Below, piece by piece: positions 1 through 8,291 of a stretch of 14,271 nt of DNA. Positions within the stretch are counted from its first letter, which is position 1. Each line of letters begins with the position of its first letter. The notes under the pieces are model-generated. The model made no database searches, was not told the origin of the DNA, and worked only from the letters and a program-made list of their open reading frames with translations. The translations under genes and the position numbers were made by a program. Origin of the DNA: a virus; the UHGV virus genome UHGV-0141067, one strand, 5' to 3'.

Positions 1-46
1 AGGTTGCTCCGGGCTATGAAATAGAAAAATGAATCCGTTGAAGCCT
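1..46. other. Host chromosomal flank (B arm of attL), adjoining the att core
   Basis: Sequence left of the core (gaatccgttgaagcctgc) matches my recollection of the E. coli attB-side flank rather than the phage P arm; the phage-type P' arm starts right of the core. Confidence 0.55.
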
Positions 47-61
47 GCTTTTTTATACTAA
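47..61. other. attL: att core (lambda-type 15-bp common core GCTTTTTTATACTAA)
   Basis: Exact 15-bp lambda core sequence at 47-61. Confidence 0.9.
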
Positions 62-134
62 GTTGTCATTATAAAAAAGCATTGCTTATCAATTTGTTGC
101 AACGAACAGGTCACTATCAGTCAAAATAAAATCA
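62..134. promoter_or_regulatory. attL P' arm with Int arm-type sites and an IHF-like site
   Basis: Near-identical to the lambda P' arm as I recall it. Arm-type repeats CAGGTCACTAT (107-117) and CAGTCAAAAT (118-127) plus AAATCATTAT; IHF-consensus-like TATCAATTTGTTG at 86-98. Confidence 0.8.
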
Positions 135-1205
135 TTATTTGATTTCAATTTTGTCCCACTCCCTGCCTCTGTCATCACGATACTGTGATGCCATGGTGTC
201 CGACTTATGCCCGAGAAGATGTTGAGCAAACTTATCGCTTATCTGCTTCTCATAGAGTCTTGCAGACAAACTGCGCAACTCGTGAAAGGTAGGCGGATCC
301 CCTTCGAAGGAAAGACCTGATGCTTTTCGTGCGCGCATAAAATACCTTGATACTGTGCCGGATGAAAGCGGTTCACGACGAGTAGATGCAATTATGGTTT
401 CTCCGCCAAGAATCTCTTTGCATTTATCAAGTGTTTCCTTCATTGATATTCCGAGAGCATCAACATGCAATGCTGTTGGGATGGCAATTTTTACGCCTGT
501 TTTGCTTTGCTCGACATAAAGATATCCATCTACGATATCAGACCACTTCATTTCGCATAAATCACCAACTCGTTGCCCGGTAACAACAGCCAGTTCCATT
601 GCAAGTCTGAGCCAACATGGTGATGATTCTGCTGCTTGATAAATTTTCAGGTATTCGTCAGCCGTAAGTCTTGATCTCCTTACCTCTGATTTTGCTGCGC
701 GAGTGGCAGCGACAGGGTTTGTTGTTATATGGCCTTCAGCTATTGCCTCTCGGAATGCATCGCTCAGTGTTGATCTGATTAACTTGGCTGATGCCGCCTT
801 GCCCTCGTCTATGTATCCATTGAGCATTGCCGCAATTTCTTTTGTGGTGATGTCTTCAAGTGGAGCATCAGGCAGCCCCCTCCTTATTGCTTTAATTTTG
901 CTCATGTAATTTATGAGTGTCTTCTGCTTGATTCCTCTGCTGGCGAGGATTTTTTCGTAGCGATCAAGCCATGAATGTAACGTAACGGAATTATCACTGT
1001 TGATTCTCGCTGTCAGAGGCTTGTGTTTGTGTCCTGAAAATAACTCAATGTTGGCCTGTATAGCTTCAGTGATTGCGATTCGCCTGTCTCGGCCTAATCC
1101 AAACTCTTTACCCGTCCTTGGGTCCCTGTAGCAGTAATATCCATTGTTTCTTATATAAAGGTTAGGGGGTAAATCCCGGCGCTCATGACTTCGCCTTCTT
1201 CCCAT
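135..1205 (-). CDS. int: Site-specific tyrosine integrase (lambda Int)
   Basis: 356-aa ORF beginning MGRRRSHERRDLPPNLYIRNNGYYCYRDPRTGKEF, recognised as lambda Int; ATG start; lies next to the P' arm; overlaps xis as in lambda. Confidence 0.97.
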   Translation of the reverse strand: MGRRRSHERRDLPPNLYIRNNGYYCYRDPRTGKEFGLGRDRRIAITEAIQANIELFSGHKHKPLTARINSDNSVTLHSWLDRYEKILASRGIKQKTLINYMSKIKAIRRGLPDAPLEDITTKEIAAMLNGYIDEGKAASAKLIRSTLSDAFREAIAEGHITTNPVAATRAAKSEVRRSRLTADEYLKIYQAAESSPCWLRLAMELAVVTGQRVGDLCEMKWSDIVDGYLYVEQSKTGVKIAIPTALHVDALGISMKETLDKCKEILGGETIIASTRREPLSSGTVSRYFMRARKASGLSFEGDPPTFHELRSLSARLYEKQISDKFAQHLLGHKSDTMASQYRDDRGREWDKIEIK

Positions 1206-1401
1206 TTCTGATCCTCTTCAAAAGGCTACCTGTTACTGGTCGATTTAAGTCAACCTTTACCGCTGATTCGTGGAACAGATACTCTCTTCCATCCTTAACC
1301 GGAGGAGGGAATATCCTGCATTCGCGCACCCATCGACGAACTGTTTCAAGGCTTCTTGGACGTCGCTGGCGTGCGTTCCACTCCTGAAGTGTCAAGTACA
1401 T
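1183..1401 (-). CDS. xis: Excisionase (lambda Xis)
   Basis: 72-aa ORF MYLTLQEWNARQRRPRSLETVRRWV..., recognised as lambda Xis; 3' end overlaps the int start. Confidence 0.95.
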   Translation of the reverse strand: MYLTLQEWNARQRRPRSLETVRRWVRECRIFPPPVKDGREYLFHESAVKVDLNRPVTGSLLKRIRNGKKAKS

Positions 1402-1426
1402 CGCAAAGTCTCCGCAATTACACGCA

Positions 1427-1449
1427 AGAAAAAACCGCCATCAGGCGGC
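1427..1449 (-). terminator. Putative intrinsic terminator (minus strand) just upstream of xis
   Basis: Stem ccgcc/ggcgg (1435-1449) with loop atcag; A-run 1429-1434 on the plus strand gives a U-tract after the stem on the minus-strand transcript. Confidence 0.5.
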
Positions 1450-1620
1450 TTGGTGTTATTTCAGTTCTTCAATTCGAATATTGGTTACGTCTGCATGTGC
1501 TATCTGCGCCCACAGCATCCAGTGGTCATAGCAGTCGTTGATGTTCTCCGCTTCGATAACCCTGTTGAATGGCTCTCCATTCCATTCTCCTGTGACTCGG
1601 AAGTGCATTTATCATCTCCA

Positions 1621-1645
1621 TAAAACAAAACTCGCCGTAGCGAGT
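1621..1645 (-). terminator. Putative intrinsic terminator (minus strand) downstream of the 132-aa gene
   Basis: Stem aactcgc/gcgagtt (1628-1645) with loop cgta, followed on the minus strand by a TTTTGTTTT tract. Confidence 0.5.
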
Positions 1646-1708
1646 TCAGATAAAAGAAATCCCCGCGAGTGCGAGGATTGTTATTCACCTTTGACGGCAA
1701 GTTGCAGG

Positions 1709-2107
1709 TTAGCCATGGTTAACCTCCTGCTCAATATTTTTAAGGTCATTTTCCGCATACAGTATTGCAGTCCTTGCTGCTCGCAACCGTGCTTTGGTGT
1801 TCTTTTCTTCGCGCTCAAGGTTGGCTACAGACTCGCGCAACTCATCACGGCGACGATGGAGTTGCTCAATCTCAGTGACGATATGCTCACCATCAGTAGC
1901 TACCTGCAGGATGTGCTCGAAGGGGTCAATAACGCAGCCGCACTTTGTGCAACGAACAACGCGATCAGTTTCACAAACCTCGATAGCCCGATGCTTACAG
2001 CTATGTTGTATGTAGTTTTTTCTGTCAGTTACAGTGATGTTCAGCAGTTTCTCTTCATTGCGCTTTGGCTGCACCAGAGAGATGACGTTGTCGCTTTCAT
2101 TTTCCAT
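1709..2107 (-). CDS. Hypothetical phage protein with a putative zinc-ribbon (C-x-H...C-x2-C) and C-terminal coiled coil
   Basis: 132-aa ORF with ATG start; stop of the upstream gene overlaps its start (TAATG); Cys/His cluster CKHRAIEVC...CTKCGC; heptad-like charged C-terminus. Confidence 0.75.
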   Translation of the reverse strand: MENESDNVISLVQPKRNEEKLLNITVTDRKNYIQHSCKHRAIEVCETDRVVRCTKCGCVIDPFEHILQVATDGEHIVTEIEQLHRRRDELRESVANLEREEKNTKARLRAARTAILYAENDLKNIEQEVNHG

Positions 2108-2907
2108 TACTTCGCCTCCAGCGGAGGTTCTGGTAGCGGCATCCAGTGAGTTGCTTGCTCAATACCATTACCCGGCTTAATCATTGCATCTCCGCGCCGA
2201 AAGGTGCTTCCGGTATAGCGTGCGGAGCATATTAGCGGTTCAACCAGAGAGCTATCGAAATTCACCGAAATAAGCACGTTCTGGCCCTTTTCAGGCATTC
2301 GCTCACTACAGCTTATCCAACCATCCGGAGTTAACGGAGAGTTGCCACCCTGAACAGTAGGCATATCCGGACCTTTGCGAATCGCCCTGGCAAGATCGAT
2401 TTGGTCGTCGTACAACCAGTCACCTGTTTGCGGATGATTGGCTTCTGCCAATTGTGCAGCCCATTCAAGGCCGTCTTTGTGACCTTGCAGATAGTCCAGC
2501 GGTAACTCATCACTATTACTTACAGGTTCGGCCTGAAGCATGGCGGCGCGATAGGCGTTCCAGCCGACAGCTTTTCCGTGTTCAAACGCGCTGTCAAAGT
2601 CATCATCAATTTCCATCGCAGCGGGCACAGATACCGGCGCTGGCGGGGAGGCGTAAAGCGGCGTTACTTCTCGCAGCGGGTCGGCATAAGCATTGCCACT
2701 ATCGAAGCTGACGTTGTTTTTTGCCCCGCCTCCTGACAGCAACCACGCCACCGGCTCCGCTTCGAGCGATGCCAGTGCGATACGCGCATTATTAATCAGG
2801 AGGCTATCAGCAGGAGATAAAACAACATGAGCGTTTCCCTCCGCATCAATTTCAGAATTCGTAATTTTTCTGAACAGCTTTGCCAGTTCTCTGGTAATAG
2901 TGCTCAT
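2107..2907 (-). CDS. Phage protein with a C-terminal DUF551-like domain
   Basis: 266-aa ORF with ATG start; C-terminal motif ...GWISCSERMPEKGQNVLISV...THWMPLPEPP resembles the DUF551 signature as I recall it. Confidence 0.75.
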   Translation of the reverse strand: MSTITRELAKLFRKITNSEIDAEGNAHVVLSPADSLLINNARIALASLEAEPVAWLLSGGGAKNNVSFDSGNAYADPLREVTPLYASPPAPVSVPAAMEIDDDFDSAFEHGKAVGWNAYRAAMLQAEPVSNSDELPLDYLQGHKDGLEWAAQLAEANHPQTGDWLYDDQIDLARAIRKGPDMPTVQGGNSPLTPDGWISCSERMPEKGQNVLISVNFDSSLVEPLICSARYTGSTFRRGDAMIKPGNGIEQATHWMPLPEPPLEAK

Positions 2908-3176
2908 GGGCGAATCTCCGTCCTGCCACCAAGTAAGCGGATTGCCACTCGTTCCCGGAAGGTAAGCGGTCGATGGTGTCCGCGGGCATTAACAATTTCA
3001 GGCTTTCCATTAGGCGGATAATTGACTCTGACCGATTGACCATCTAGCGCGTGAGAAGCCTCGAGTAGTGCTGACTTTAAGTGCGCAGGGCACTCTTTCT
3101 GCACCCGCTCGCCGTCTGAAATGACACCTGCAATCCCCTGAAGCATGCTGGCTAAATTGCTGAGATAATTTTTCAC
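2904..3176 (-). CDS. Hypothetical phage protein
   Basis: ORF in the track as 2904..3182 with a GTG start; I moved the start to the GTG at 3176, which sits about 6 nt after an AGGAGA Shine-Dalgarno. Start is uncertain. Confidence 0.55.
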   Translation of the reverse strand: MKNYLSNLASMLQGIAGVISDGERVQKECPAHLKSALLEASHALDGQSVRVNYPPNGKPEIVNARGHHRPLTFRERVAIRLLGGRTEIRP

Positions 3177-3178
3177 AT

Positions 3179-3619
3179 TCACTCTCCTTTACCGGTGCCA
3201 TAGGCAGATAAGCACTCTTCAAATCCAGCCTGATTATCCGTTTGACCAAAACTGAAGCCATGCTGAAGACCATGACGAAATGCGCTATCTTGCAATTTAT
3301 CTGCGGTTTCGAGCTTCGCCTCCAGTTCTGCTATGCGCTCTTCATAGCGAGCACCAACCGATACGGCTTTATGGAAGGCTTCGCACCACTTTGACGATTG
3401 CGCCTGCGTCTTCTCCAGCTCATCCAGCAGCGCCAGCACGGTAGTGGGGTTTGCTGCGGAGTTCAGCGCGTTCAAGGCAGTGATATCTGCATCAAGCTGA
3501 GGTCCTTCTGCCAGTGAGATATCGAAAATGTCATCAGGCGGCATAACACTAAGGCGCTCATGTGCGCCAACTGCTGCCGCTGCGATTTCACGCAGCGCCT
3601 GTTTGTCGATGTTGCTCAT
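3179..3619 (-). CDS. Ea22-like phage protein (early-left accessory)
   Basis: 146-aa ORF with ATG start preceded by AGGAGG; acidic coiled-coil character and position typical of ead/Ea22-like proteins in lambdoid prophages. Confidence 0.7.
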   Translation of the reverse strand: MSNIDKQALREIAAAAVGAHERLSVMPPDDIFDISLAEGPQLDADITALNALNSAANPTTVLALLDELEKTQAQSSKWCEAFHKAVSVGARYEERIAELEAKLETADKLQDSAFRHGLQHGFSFGQTDNQAGFEECLSAYGTGKGE

Positions 3620-4353
3620 TGGACTGCCTCCTGGCGGTCTATGCGTTCAATTTCGGCCAGAATAAGTGCGCCAGCTTTCACCAGGTCACGGCGTGGATTT
3701 GTCGGCTTCCACCATTCTGGTGTCCACGGCCAGTCAAATGGAATGCGGTTAAATGGATGGATGGCATTCAGTACGTAGCATGAGGATGCCCACAGTAACT
3801 GCGATTTGCTGTACTGGTCATCATGCTCAGGCGTCCATCCCTCAGCTGATTGATGGCGTTGACGCTCTGCAATTACTGACTGAACGGCATTGGATAGCGA
3901 TTTCACACCCTGCGCACGCACTTCAGCCAGGAAAGCATCGGTGGCTGGGGTTTCTGGAATGGCGTCTGGAATAACCTCTGAGTAGACGCGTTCCATTGCC
4001 GACTCCCATCCGTAGTAACAAGCCGAATAGCCGTCGCGCTGGTAGCCGTGGTCTTCAACTCCACATCCCATGCCCTGGTCATGGTATTCAGGCTGATTGT
4101 CGGGATTAATGCAGTATTCAATGACCGACTTCATCCCCGCATTCTCCGCTGCCAGCGCAGTGCACTTGGCCTCAAGGTTATCAATCGTGATTCCAGCAGA
4201 ACGACACTCCCGCAACGCCGTTTCTAGTTTTGATTCAAGTTCACCGAACTTACGGACAAGATATTCAGCGTTTGTTTCGTTAACCTTTAAATCTCGTGGG
4301 ATGCATTTACCTTTCAGAAAACCATCCATCTCAATTAGTGACATTTGTTTCAT
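3616..4353 (-). CDS. Hypothetical phage protein (Trp-rich C-terminal region)
   Basis: Track ORF 3616..4371 begins at a GTG; an in-frame ATG at 4353 has a GGAG-containing Shine-Dalgarno upstream. Stop overlaps the downstream gene start. Confidence 0.7.
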   Translation of the reverse strand: MKQMSLIEMDGFLKGKCIPRDLKVNETNAEYLVRKFGELESKLETALRECRSAGITIDNLEAKCTALAAENAGMKSVIEYCINPDNQPEYHDQGMGCGVEDHGYQRDGYSACYYGWESAMERVYSEVIPDAIPETPATDAFLAEVRAQGVKSLSNAVQSVIAERQRHQSAEGWTPEHDDQYSKSQLLWASSCYVLNAIHPFNRIPFDWPWTPEWWKPTNPRRDLVKAGALILAEIERIDRQEAVQ

Positions 4354-4514
4354 TTTTTCCCACTCCGCCACATCGCATTCAGATGTTTGTTTTGATTTAC
4401 TGACGGAAAAGAATTTCTCTTAAGCAATTCCTCTCTCGATGGCATTGGCTTTACGCGTTGGCGAATAATCATTTCTGCCGGAAGAATGCCGGGATTGTAT
4501 GCAAGTCCTCTCAT
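4350..4514 (-). CDS. Small hypothetical protein (54 aa)
   Basis: ATG at 4514 preceded by a GAGGA Shine-Dalgarno; the longer 115-aa track ORF overlaps the upstream gene and is probably an over-extension. Confidence 0.45.
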   Translation of the reverse strand: MRGLAYNPGILPAEMIIRQRVKPMPSREELLKRNSFPSVNQNKHLNAMWRSGKK

Positions 4515-4524
4515 GGTAAATTCC

Positions 4525-4821
4525 TCAGTCATTACTGATAGCGCCATAGCGTGAGCGGTAATTACGCAGGCGCGGGTCGATATATTCAGGGAAGTGGGTA
4601 TATGTGGCTTTGCGGAATGGTCGGATTGATGTCTGGTAAATTCGCTCGCGTTCTTCTTTCTCTGCAAGCCATATACAATGGCGAAATTCCTTTTCATCTT
4701 TCGTTTCCTGCGGTAGAGACATTATCTGGTCGTAGTTTTTCCTGAATTTATCCAGCACCTCCGATACGGAATTGCCGGAACAGCGGCGCGGGTCATCCGC
4801 ACCATACTGAGGCGCTGGCAT
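4525..4821 (-). CDS. Hypothetical phage protein
   Basis: 98-aa ORF with ATG start preceded by AGGAGA; tightly packed in the leftward operon. Confidence 0.7.
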   Translation of the reverse strand: MPAPQYGADDPRRCSGNSVSEVLDKFRKNYDQIMSLPQETKDEKEFRHCIWLAEKEERERIYQTSIRPFRKATYTHFPEYIDPRLRNYRSRYGAISND

Positions 4822-4834
4822 GATTTTCTCCTGA

Positions 4835-5314
4835 TTAAATTGCGTGAATAGCGTGACGAGGGAAGGGGAGAGTTACTGGCTCCTCGTCTGGGTAGATAGG
4901 TTTGTTATGTTTGTGCCACTCGACATGACATGACTTGCAGAGCCACATCACATCGGTTGGTTTACTGTAGTCGCAGTGGTGCGCCTGTGGTTTACATTCT
5001 GATCCGCAGCACTCACATTGTGGTGGTCGGATTAGCTTACCGTCGCGCAAAAAATTACCCACAATGATGTGGGCTTTTCTTTTCCATGGGTTGCTCTGAA
5101 TGAACCGATTTTTGGCTGCGTTACACCGTTCTCTTCCGCGTTCCGATGATTGATATTCTCTCCTTGCTGATACTCGATGTGGCAATCCAGCGCGTTCTTT
5201 GTCGTATTCAGCCAGGCAAGCCCGGCAAGCGGCAGTTAATCCATCTCTGGATGCTCTTCTGATTTGAAAGTCCCTTTCTTCCTTCTGTTGATGGCATCTT
5301 GAGCAGATTTTCAT
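4835..5314 (-). CDS. HNH-family endonuclease
   Basis: 159-aa ORF with ATG start and AGGAG Shine-Dalgarno; C-terminal CECCGSECKPQAHHCDYSKPTDVMWLCKSCHVEWH fits an HNH/zinc-finger nuclease motif. Confidence 0.8.
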   Translation of the reverse strand: MKICSRCHQQKEERDFQIRRASRDGLTAACRACLAEYDKERAGLPHRVSARREYQSSERGRERCNAAKNRFIQSNPWKRKAHIIVGNFLRDGKLIRPPQCECCGSECKPQAHHCDYSKPTDVMWLCKSCHVEWHKHNKPIYPDEEPVTLPFPRHAIHAI

Positions 5315-5323
5315 ATTCAGCTC

Positions 5324-5797
5324 CTAGAACGGAATATCCGAATCGTCGAAGTTCATAGGTGGTTCGCTGTGATCCCCCTGCTGCTGAGGTTGCTGTCTTT
5401 GTTGCTGACCGCTATTTCGCTGAGGAGAAGACTGTTCATTGCCTCCTTGCTTGCCACCAAGCATTTGCATGGTTCCACCAACGCCCACGATGACTTCGGT
5501 AGTGAACCGATCCTGTCCGCTTTGATCCTGCCATTTTCTTGTCCGCAATTTGCCTTCAAGATAAACCTCAGAGCCTTTTCGCAGATATTCGCTGGCAATT
5601 TCTGCCAGTTTCCCGCTCATTACCACGCGGTGCCACTCCGTCTGCTCCTTTTGCTCTCCAGTTTGCTTATCACGCCATTGTTCTGACGTAGCAACTGTAA
5701 GGTTTGCAAATGCCGTTCCTGATGGTGAATATCTGATTTCTGGATCATGCCCAAGGCGACCAATAATGATCACCTTATTTACGCCTCTGCTTGCCAT
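5324..5797 (-). CDS. ssb: Single-stranded DNA-binding protein
   Basis: 157-aa [19 protein letters not shown]...; OB-fold SSB pattern, Gly/Gln-rich linker and acidic tail ending DDSDIPF. Confidence 0.93.
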   Translation of the reverse strand: MASRGVNKVIIIGRLGHDPEIRYSPSGTAFANLTVATSEQWRDKQTGEQKEQTEWHRVVMSGKLAEIASEYLRKGSEVYLEGKLRTRKWQDQSGQDRFTTEVIVGVGGTMQMLGGKQGGNEQSSPQRNSGQQQRQQPQQQGDHSEPPMNFDDSDIPF

Positions 5798-6505
5798 TTA
5801 TGCCGCCTGTTTTAGTTCGTTAACTCTGATGTTCATTACCTGAACGCATTTAGCCTGCGCCTCCTCGTTGCCAGCCATTAATTGCCAGTCACGCTGATAA
5901 CGCTCGATGAGTTTTTTCTTGTCAGTTTCTGTTGACGCATAATCGCTGAAGTCTTTCAGGATTTGTTCGCAGTCAACCGATGGAGATTTCTGGTTGATAT
6001 TTTCTGGTGATGGTTTGTTATCTGATGCTGGGATTGCCCATCCCGGAAGCGATGGAGGGAGCCAGTAAAATCCTGTTCCATCTTTCAGTTTTGCCCTGTG
6101 CCATCCCTGCTTTTTATCGAGAGATGTTTGTGCGAAACCTTCCTCAAGGTTATACAGATACCGACCGATTCCCCACTGAACGGCAGCGCGCTTCATTGCA
6201 CCGGAACGACCACCTTTGACGGCTTCTACCTGCGTGTTTTCAGCAGCATCCCATTTGGTTACCCATTCGGAATCAATCTTGATTGATATGCCGCATTCAA
6301 CTCCGCCGTTGTTGGGAATATCGCGGTATTCATTGCGCCATCCTGCTTTGCCGCAAACATCGTCCAGGCGTTTCATGATTGCCCGGTTCGTGACATAAGC
6401 CAGCACCATAGCCCACACCTTGCCATCGCGTGTTTTACCGCTTTGCTGTATTCGCCATTCGATATCTTCAGGGCTGAATGGCTCATCGAATTTATTCAAA
6501 TCCAT
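5798..6505 (-). CDS. Rad52-family single-strand annealing protein (recombinase)
   Basis: 235-aa ORF with ATG start and GAGGTG Shine-Dalgarno; stop overlaps the ssb start (TAAATG); central region (...GGRSGAMKRAAVQWGIGRYLY...) looks like the Rad52/Sak annealing fold; occupies the bet position. Confidence 0.8.
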   Translation of the reverse strand: MDLNKFDEPFSPEDIEWRIQQSGKTRDGKVWAMVLAYVTNRAIMKRLDDVCGKAGWRNEYRDIPNNGGVECGISIKIDSEWVTKWDAAENTQVEAVKGGRSGAMKRAAVQWGIGRYLYNLEEGFAQTSLDKKQGWHRAKLKDGTGFYWLPPSLPGWAIPASDNKPSPENINQKSPSVDCEQILKDFSDYASTETDKKKLIERYQRDWQLMAGNEEAQAKCVQVMNIRVNELKQAA

Positions 6506-6513
6506 AATTCACC

Positions 6514-6702
6514 TCAGAATGGTAATTCGGATGGGGAGGAAAGAAATTCGCGCTCATTCATGCGCTCTCTTTGTGCTTGCCATAAACAAAGTTGTTTCTT
6601 TGATTTATCTCCCGCTTTACGCCAGTAACGAGCCTCAGCAATGTGATATTCTCTTTTTAATCGACTTAACTCTGGAGTTTTCGCCAGCTCTACCGGAATC
6701 AT
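6514..6702 (-). CDS. Small hypothetical protein (62 aa)
   Basis: ATG start preceded by GGAGG; start overlaps the kil stop (ATGA). Confidence 0.55.
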   Translation of the reverse strand: MIPVELAKTPELSRLKREYHIAEARYWRKAGDKSKKQLCLWQAQRERMNEREFLSSPSELPF

Positions 6703-6812
6703 TTAGACCTCCATTTTCTGTAGGCTTCGACGGCCTCACGAAACATCTTTTCATCGCCAATAAAAGTGGCGATAGTGAATTTAGTCTGAATAGCCATAAG
6801 TGTTTTATCCAT
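6699..6812 (-). CDS. kil: Kil-like host cell-division inhibitor
   Basis: Contains MDKTLMAIQTKFTIATFIGDEKMFREAVEAYRKW, matching my recollection of lambda Kil; start placed at the internal ATG (6812) because the longer 67-aa track ORF would run through the cIII 3' end. Confidence 0.65.
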   Translation of the reverse strand: MDKTLMAIQTKFTIATFIGDEKMFREAVEAYRKWRSK

Positions 6813-6951
6813 TTTTTGGAACTCTTGGCTGATTAAGTACGTCGATGAGTCGTTTCCATCCGTCACGTAATTTACGGGTGATTCGTTCAAGTAAAGATTC
6901 ATTTAGTTGGAAGGCACCCATGCGAGCGCCTCCCGCGATTGCGTAAATCAT
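6805..6951 (-). CDS. cIII: CIII-like protease inhibitor (48 aa; absent from the ORF track because it is under 60 aa)
   Basis: Hand translation gives MIYAIAGGARMGAFQLNESLLERITRKLRDGWKRLIDVLNQPRVPKNG; the ESLLERITRKLRDGWKRLID core matches lambda CIII as I recall it. Confidence 0.8.
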   Translation of the reverse strand: MIYAIAGGARMGAFQLNESLLERITRKLRDGWKRLIDVLNQPRVPKNG

Positions 6952-6975
6952 GGGTGGTTCCTTATGTTGGTTTTA

Positions 6976-7944
6976 TTAGTAGGTTATTTTTGTTGCGAAT
7001 ACTTCGCCTTTTACGATGGCTGTTATGATATTTTTAGCAACATCTTCTGATGCGCCAACCTTGATAAGGTCAGCAAGTATTTTGTTATTTACTTCTTTCC
7101 GGTGAGCTTTATCCTTTGCTCTACGCTCTTCTTCTTCCTTGATTCTTTTTTCTTCTGCTATTCTGGCTTGCTCTTTTGCTTCAGCCTCGCGCCGGATTCG
7201 TTCAGCCTCCTCCTGTGCTTTTCGGCGTTCTGCTTCAATTGCCGCCTGCTTTTCTCTTTCAGCTCGTTCTGCTGCCTCTTTTGCTTCGCGCTGTGCTCGT
7301 TGCTCGGCTTCAATGCGTTCACGCTCTGCACGTTCCGCTGCGGCCTTAGCTTCTGCTTCTCGCCTTGCTGCTGATTCAATTTCGGCTTTTGCCTTTGCTT
7401 CGGCTTCTGCTCTGGCTTTCTCTTCAGCTTCTCTTTTTAAGCGTTCTTCATGCTCTCGCTTTTCCTGCTCCGCTTTGAGTCTTGCCTCTTCTCTTTGGCG
7501 GTCAAATTCGCGATCCATCAAAATAGCTATTTCATGATCAGACTCAATTTGCTTTGCGAGAGCTTCAGCTGCTGCCTTAGCTTCTTCTTCGGCTTTAATC
7601 CGCGCCTGTTCCTCCTCATAATCAGTAAGAGGCTGGCGAGCCTTGGCTTTCAGTTCATCAAGGCGATCGCGCACTGTCTTGCGGTTGGCATCAATTAGCT
7701 TTGGAATTTCCTTCAGTTCAGCAACAAGGTCTTTGCCAAGACCATCGAGATATGTTTTCGTCTGCGCAACTTTATACGCCAGAGAAGCGATCTCCTTTCT
7801 GCCCTTTGCCGTTGTGATATCAGGCACAAAGGACATAACTTCACGTTCAACCTTTTGAAGGATTTCTTCAATCTGGTCTGCAGACTGAAATACAGTCATT
7901 GCATTTGCTTTTTCAATAAAAACTAAGTCTGTTACTTCACTCAT
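6976..7944 (-). CDS. Phage protein with a long Glu/Ala/Arg/Lys-rich helical (coiled-coil-like) central region
   Basis: Track ORF 6976..7998; start moved to the ATG at 7944 (MSEVTDLVF...), which follows a GGAGG Shine-Dalgarno. About 150 aa of low-complexity EAKA/ERAE repeats. Confidence 0.75.
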   Translation of the reverse strand: MSEVTDLVFIEKANAMTVFQSADQIEEILQKVEREVMSFVPDITTAKGRKEIASLAYKVAQTKTYLDGLGKDLVAELKEIPKLIDANRKTVRDRLDELKAKARQPLTDYEEEQARIKAEEEAKAAAEALAKQIESDHEIAILMDREFDRQREEARLKAEQEKREHEERLKREAEEKARAEAEAKAKAEIESAARREAEAKAAAERAERERIEAEQRAQREAKEAAERAEREKQAAIEAERRKAQEEAERIRREAEAKEQARIAEEKRIKEEEERRAKDKAHRKEVNNKILADLIKVGASEDVAKNIITAIVKGEVFATKITY

Positions 7945-7956
7945 ATATCCTCCATC

Positions 7957-7983
7957 AAAAAAATCGCCCTCACATCGGAGGGC
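7957..7983 (-). terminator. Putative intrinsic terminator (minus strand) between the 70-aa gene and the coiled-coil gene
   Basis: Stem gccctc/gagggc (7966-7983) with a 6-nt loop, followed on the minus strand by a T7 tract (plus-strand A-run 7957-7963). Confidence 0.5.
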
Positions 7984-8078
7984 AAAGAAGATTTCCAATA
8001 ATCAGAACAAGTCGGCTCCTGTTTAGTTACGAGCGACATTGCTCCGTGTATTCACTCGTTGGAATGAATACACAGTGC

Positions 8079-8291
8079 TTATTCGCGAGCTTTGAGCATG
8101 GCATCAGCAATAAAGTAGGCATCATCTGCTAATTCTTTGTACTGTGGTGAATTCTGTCCACCGCCAAAGGAATGTCCGTCCCATCTGCGCACTATTGCTG
8201 CCATAGCCTTAGCAGCGAAGTAATCACGTAATGTCGCATCACTTGCCATTTCTGGGCGTTTGATATCTGCTTCATAAAACTCGCACATCAT
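8079..8291 (-). CDS. Hypothetical phage protein (70 aa)
   Basis: ATG start with GGGAGGTGA Shine-Dalgarno; start overlaps the upstream stop. Confidence 0.6.
   Translation of the reverse strand: MMCEFYEADIKRPEMASDATLRDYFAAKAMAAIVRRWDGHSFGGGQNSPQYKELADDAYFIADAMLKARE

Noticed and set aside
1270-2149. Plus-strand ORFs (117, 61, 203 and 73 aa) across the xis-upstream region
   Set aside because: They are antisense to, or overlap, well-supported minus-strand genes and terminators, with no RBS and in a leftward operon.
4350-4697. 115-aa minus-strand ORF
   Set aside because: Its 5' two-thirds overlaps the 98-aa gene in another frame; only the 3' 54 codons from the ATG at 4514, which has a Shine-Dalgarno, are plausible.
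5353-5686. ORFs inside or antisense to ssb (81 and 105 aa)
   Set aside because: Embedded in the strongly supported ssb reading frame region; no independent signals.
7102-7537. Plus-strand ORFs (90 and 132 aa) rich in Ser/Ala/Phe/Cys
   Set aside because: They are antisense to the low-complexity repeat of the coiled-coil gene, have no RBS and a repetitive composition; artefact of the repeat.
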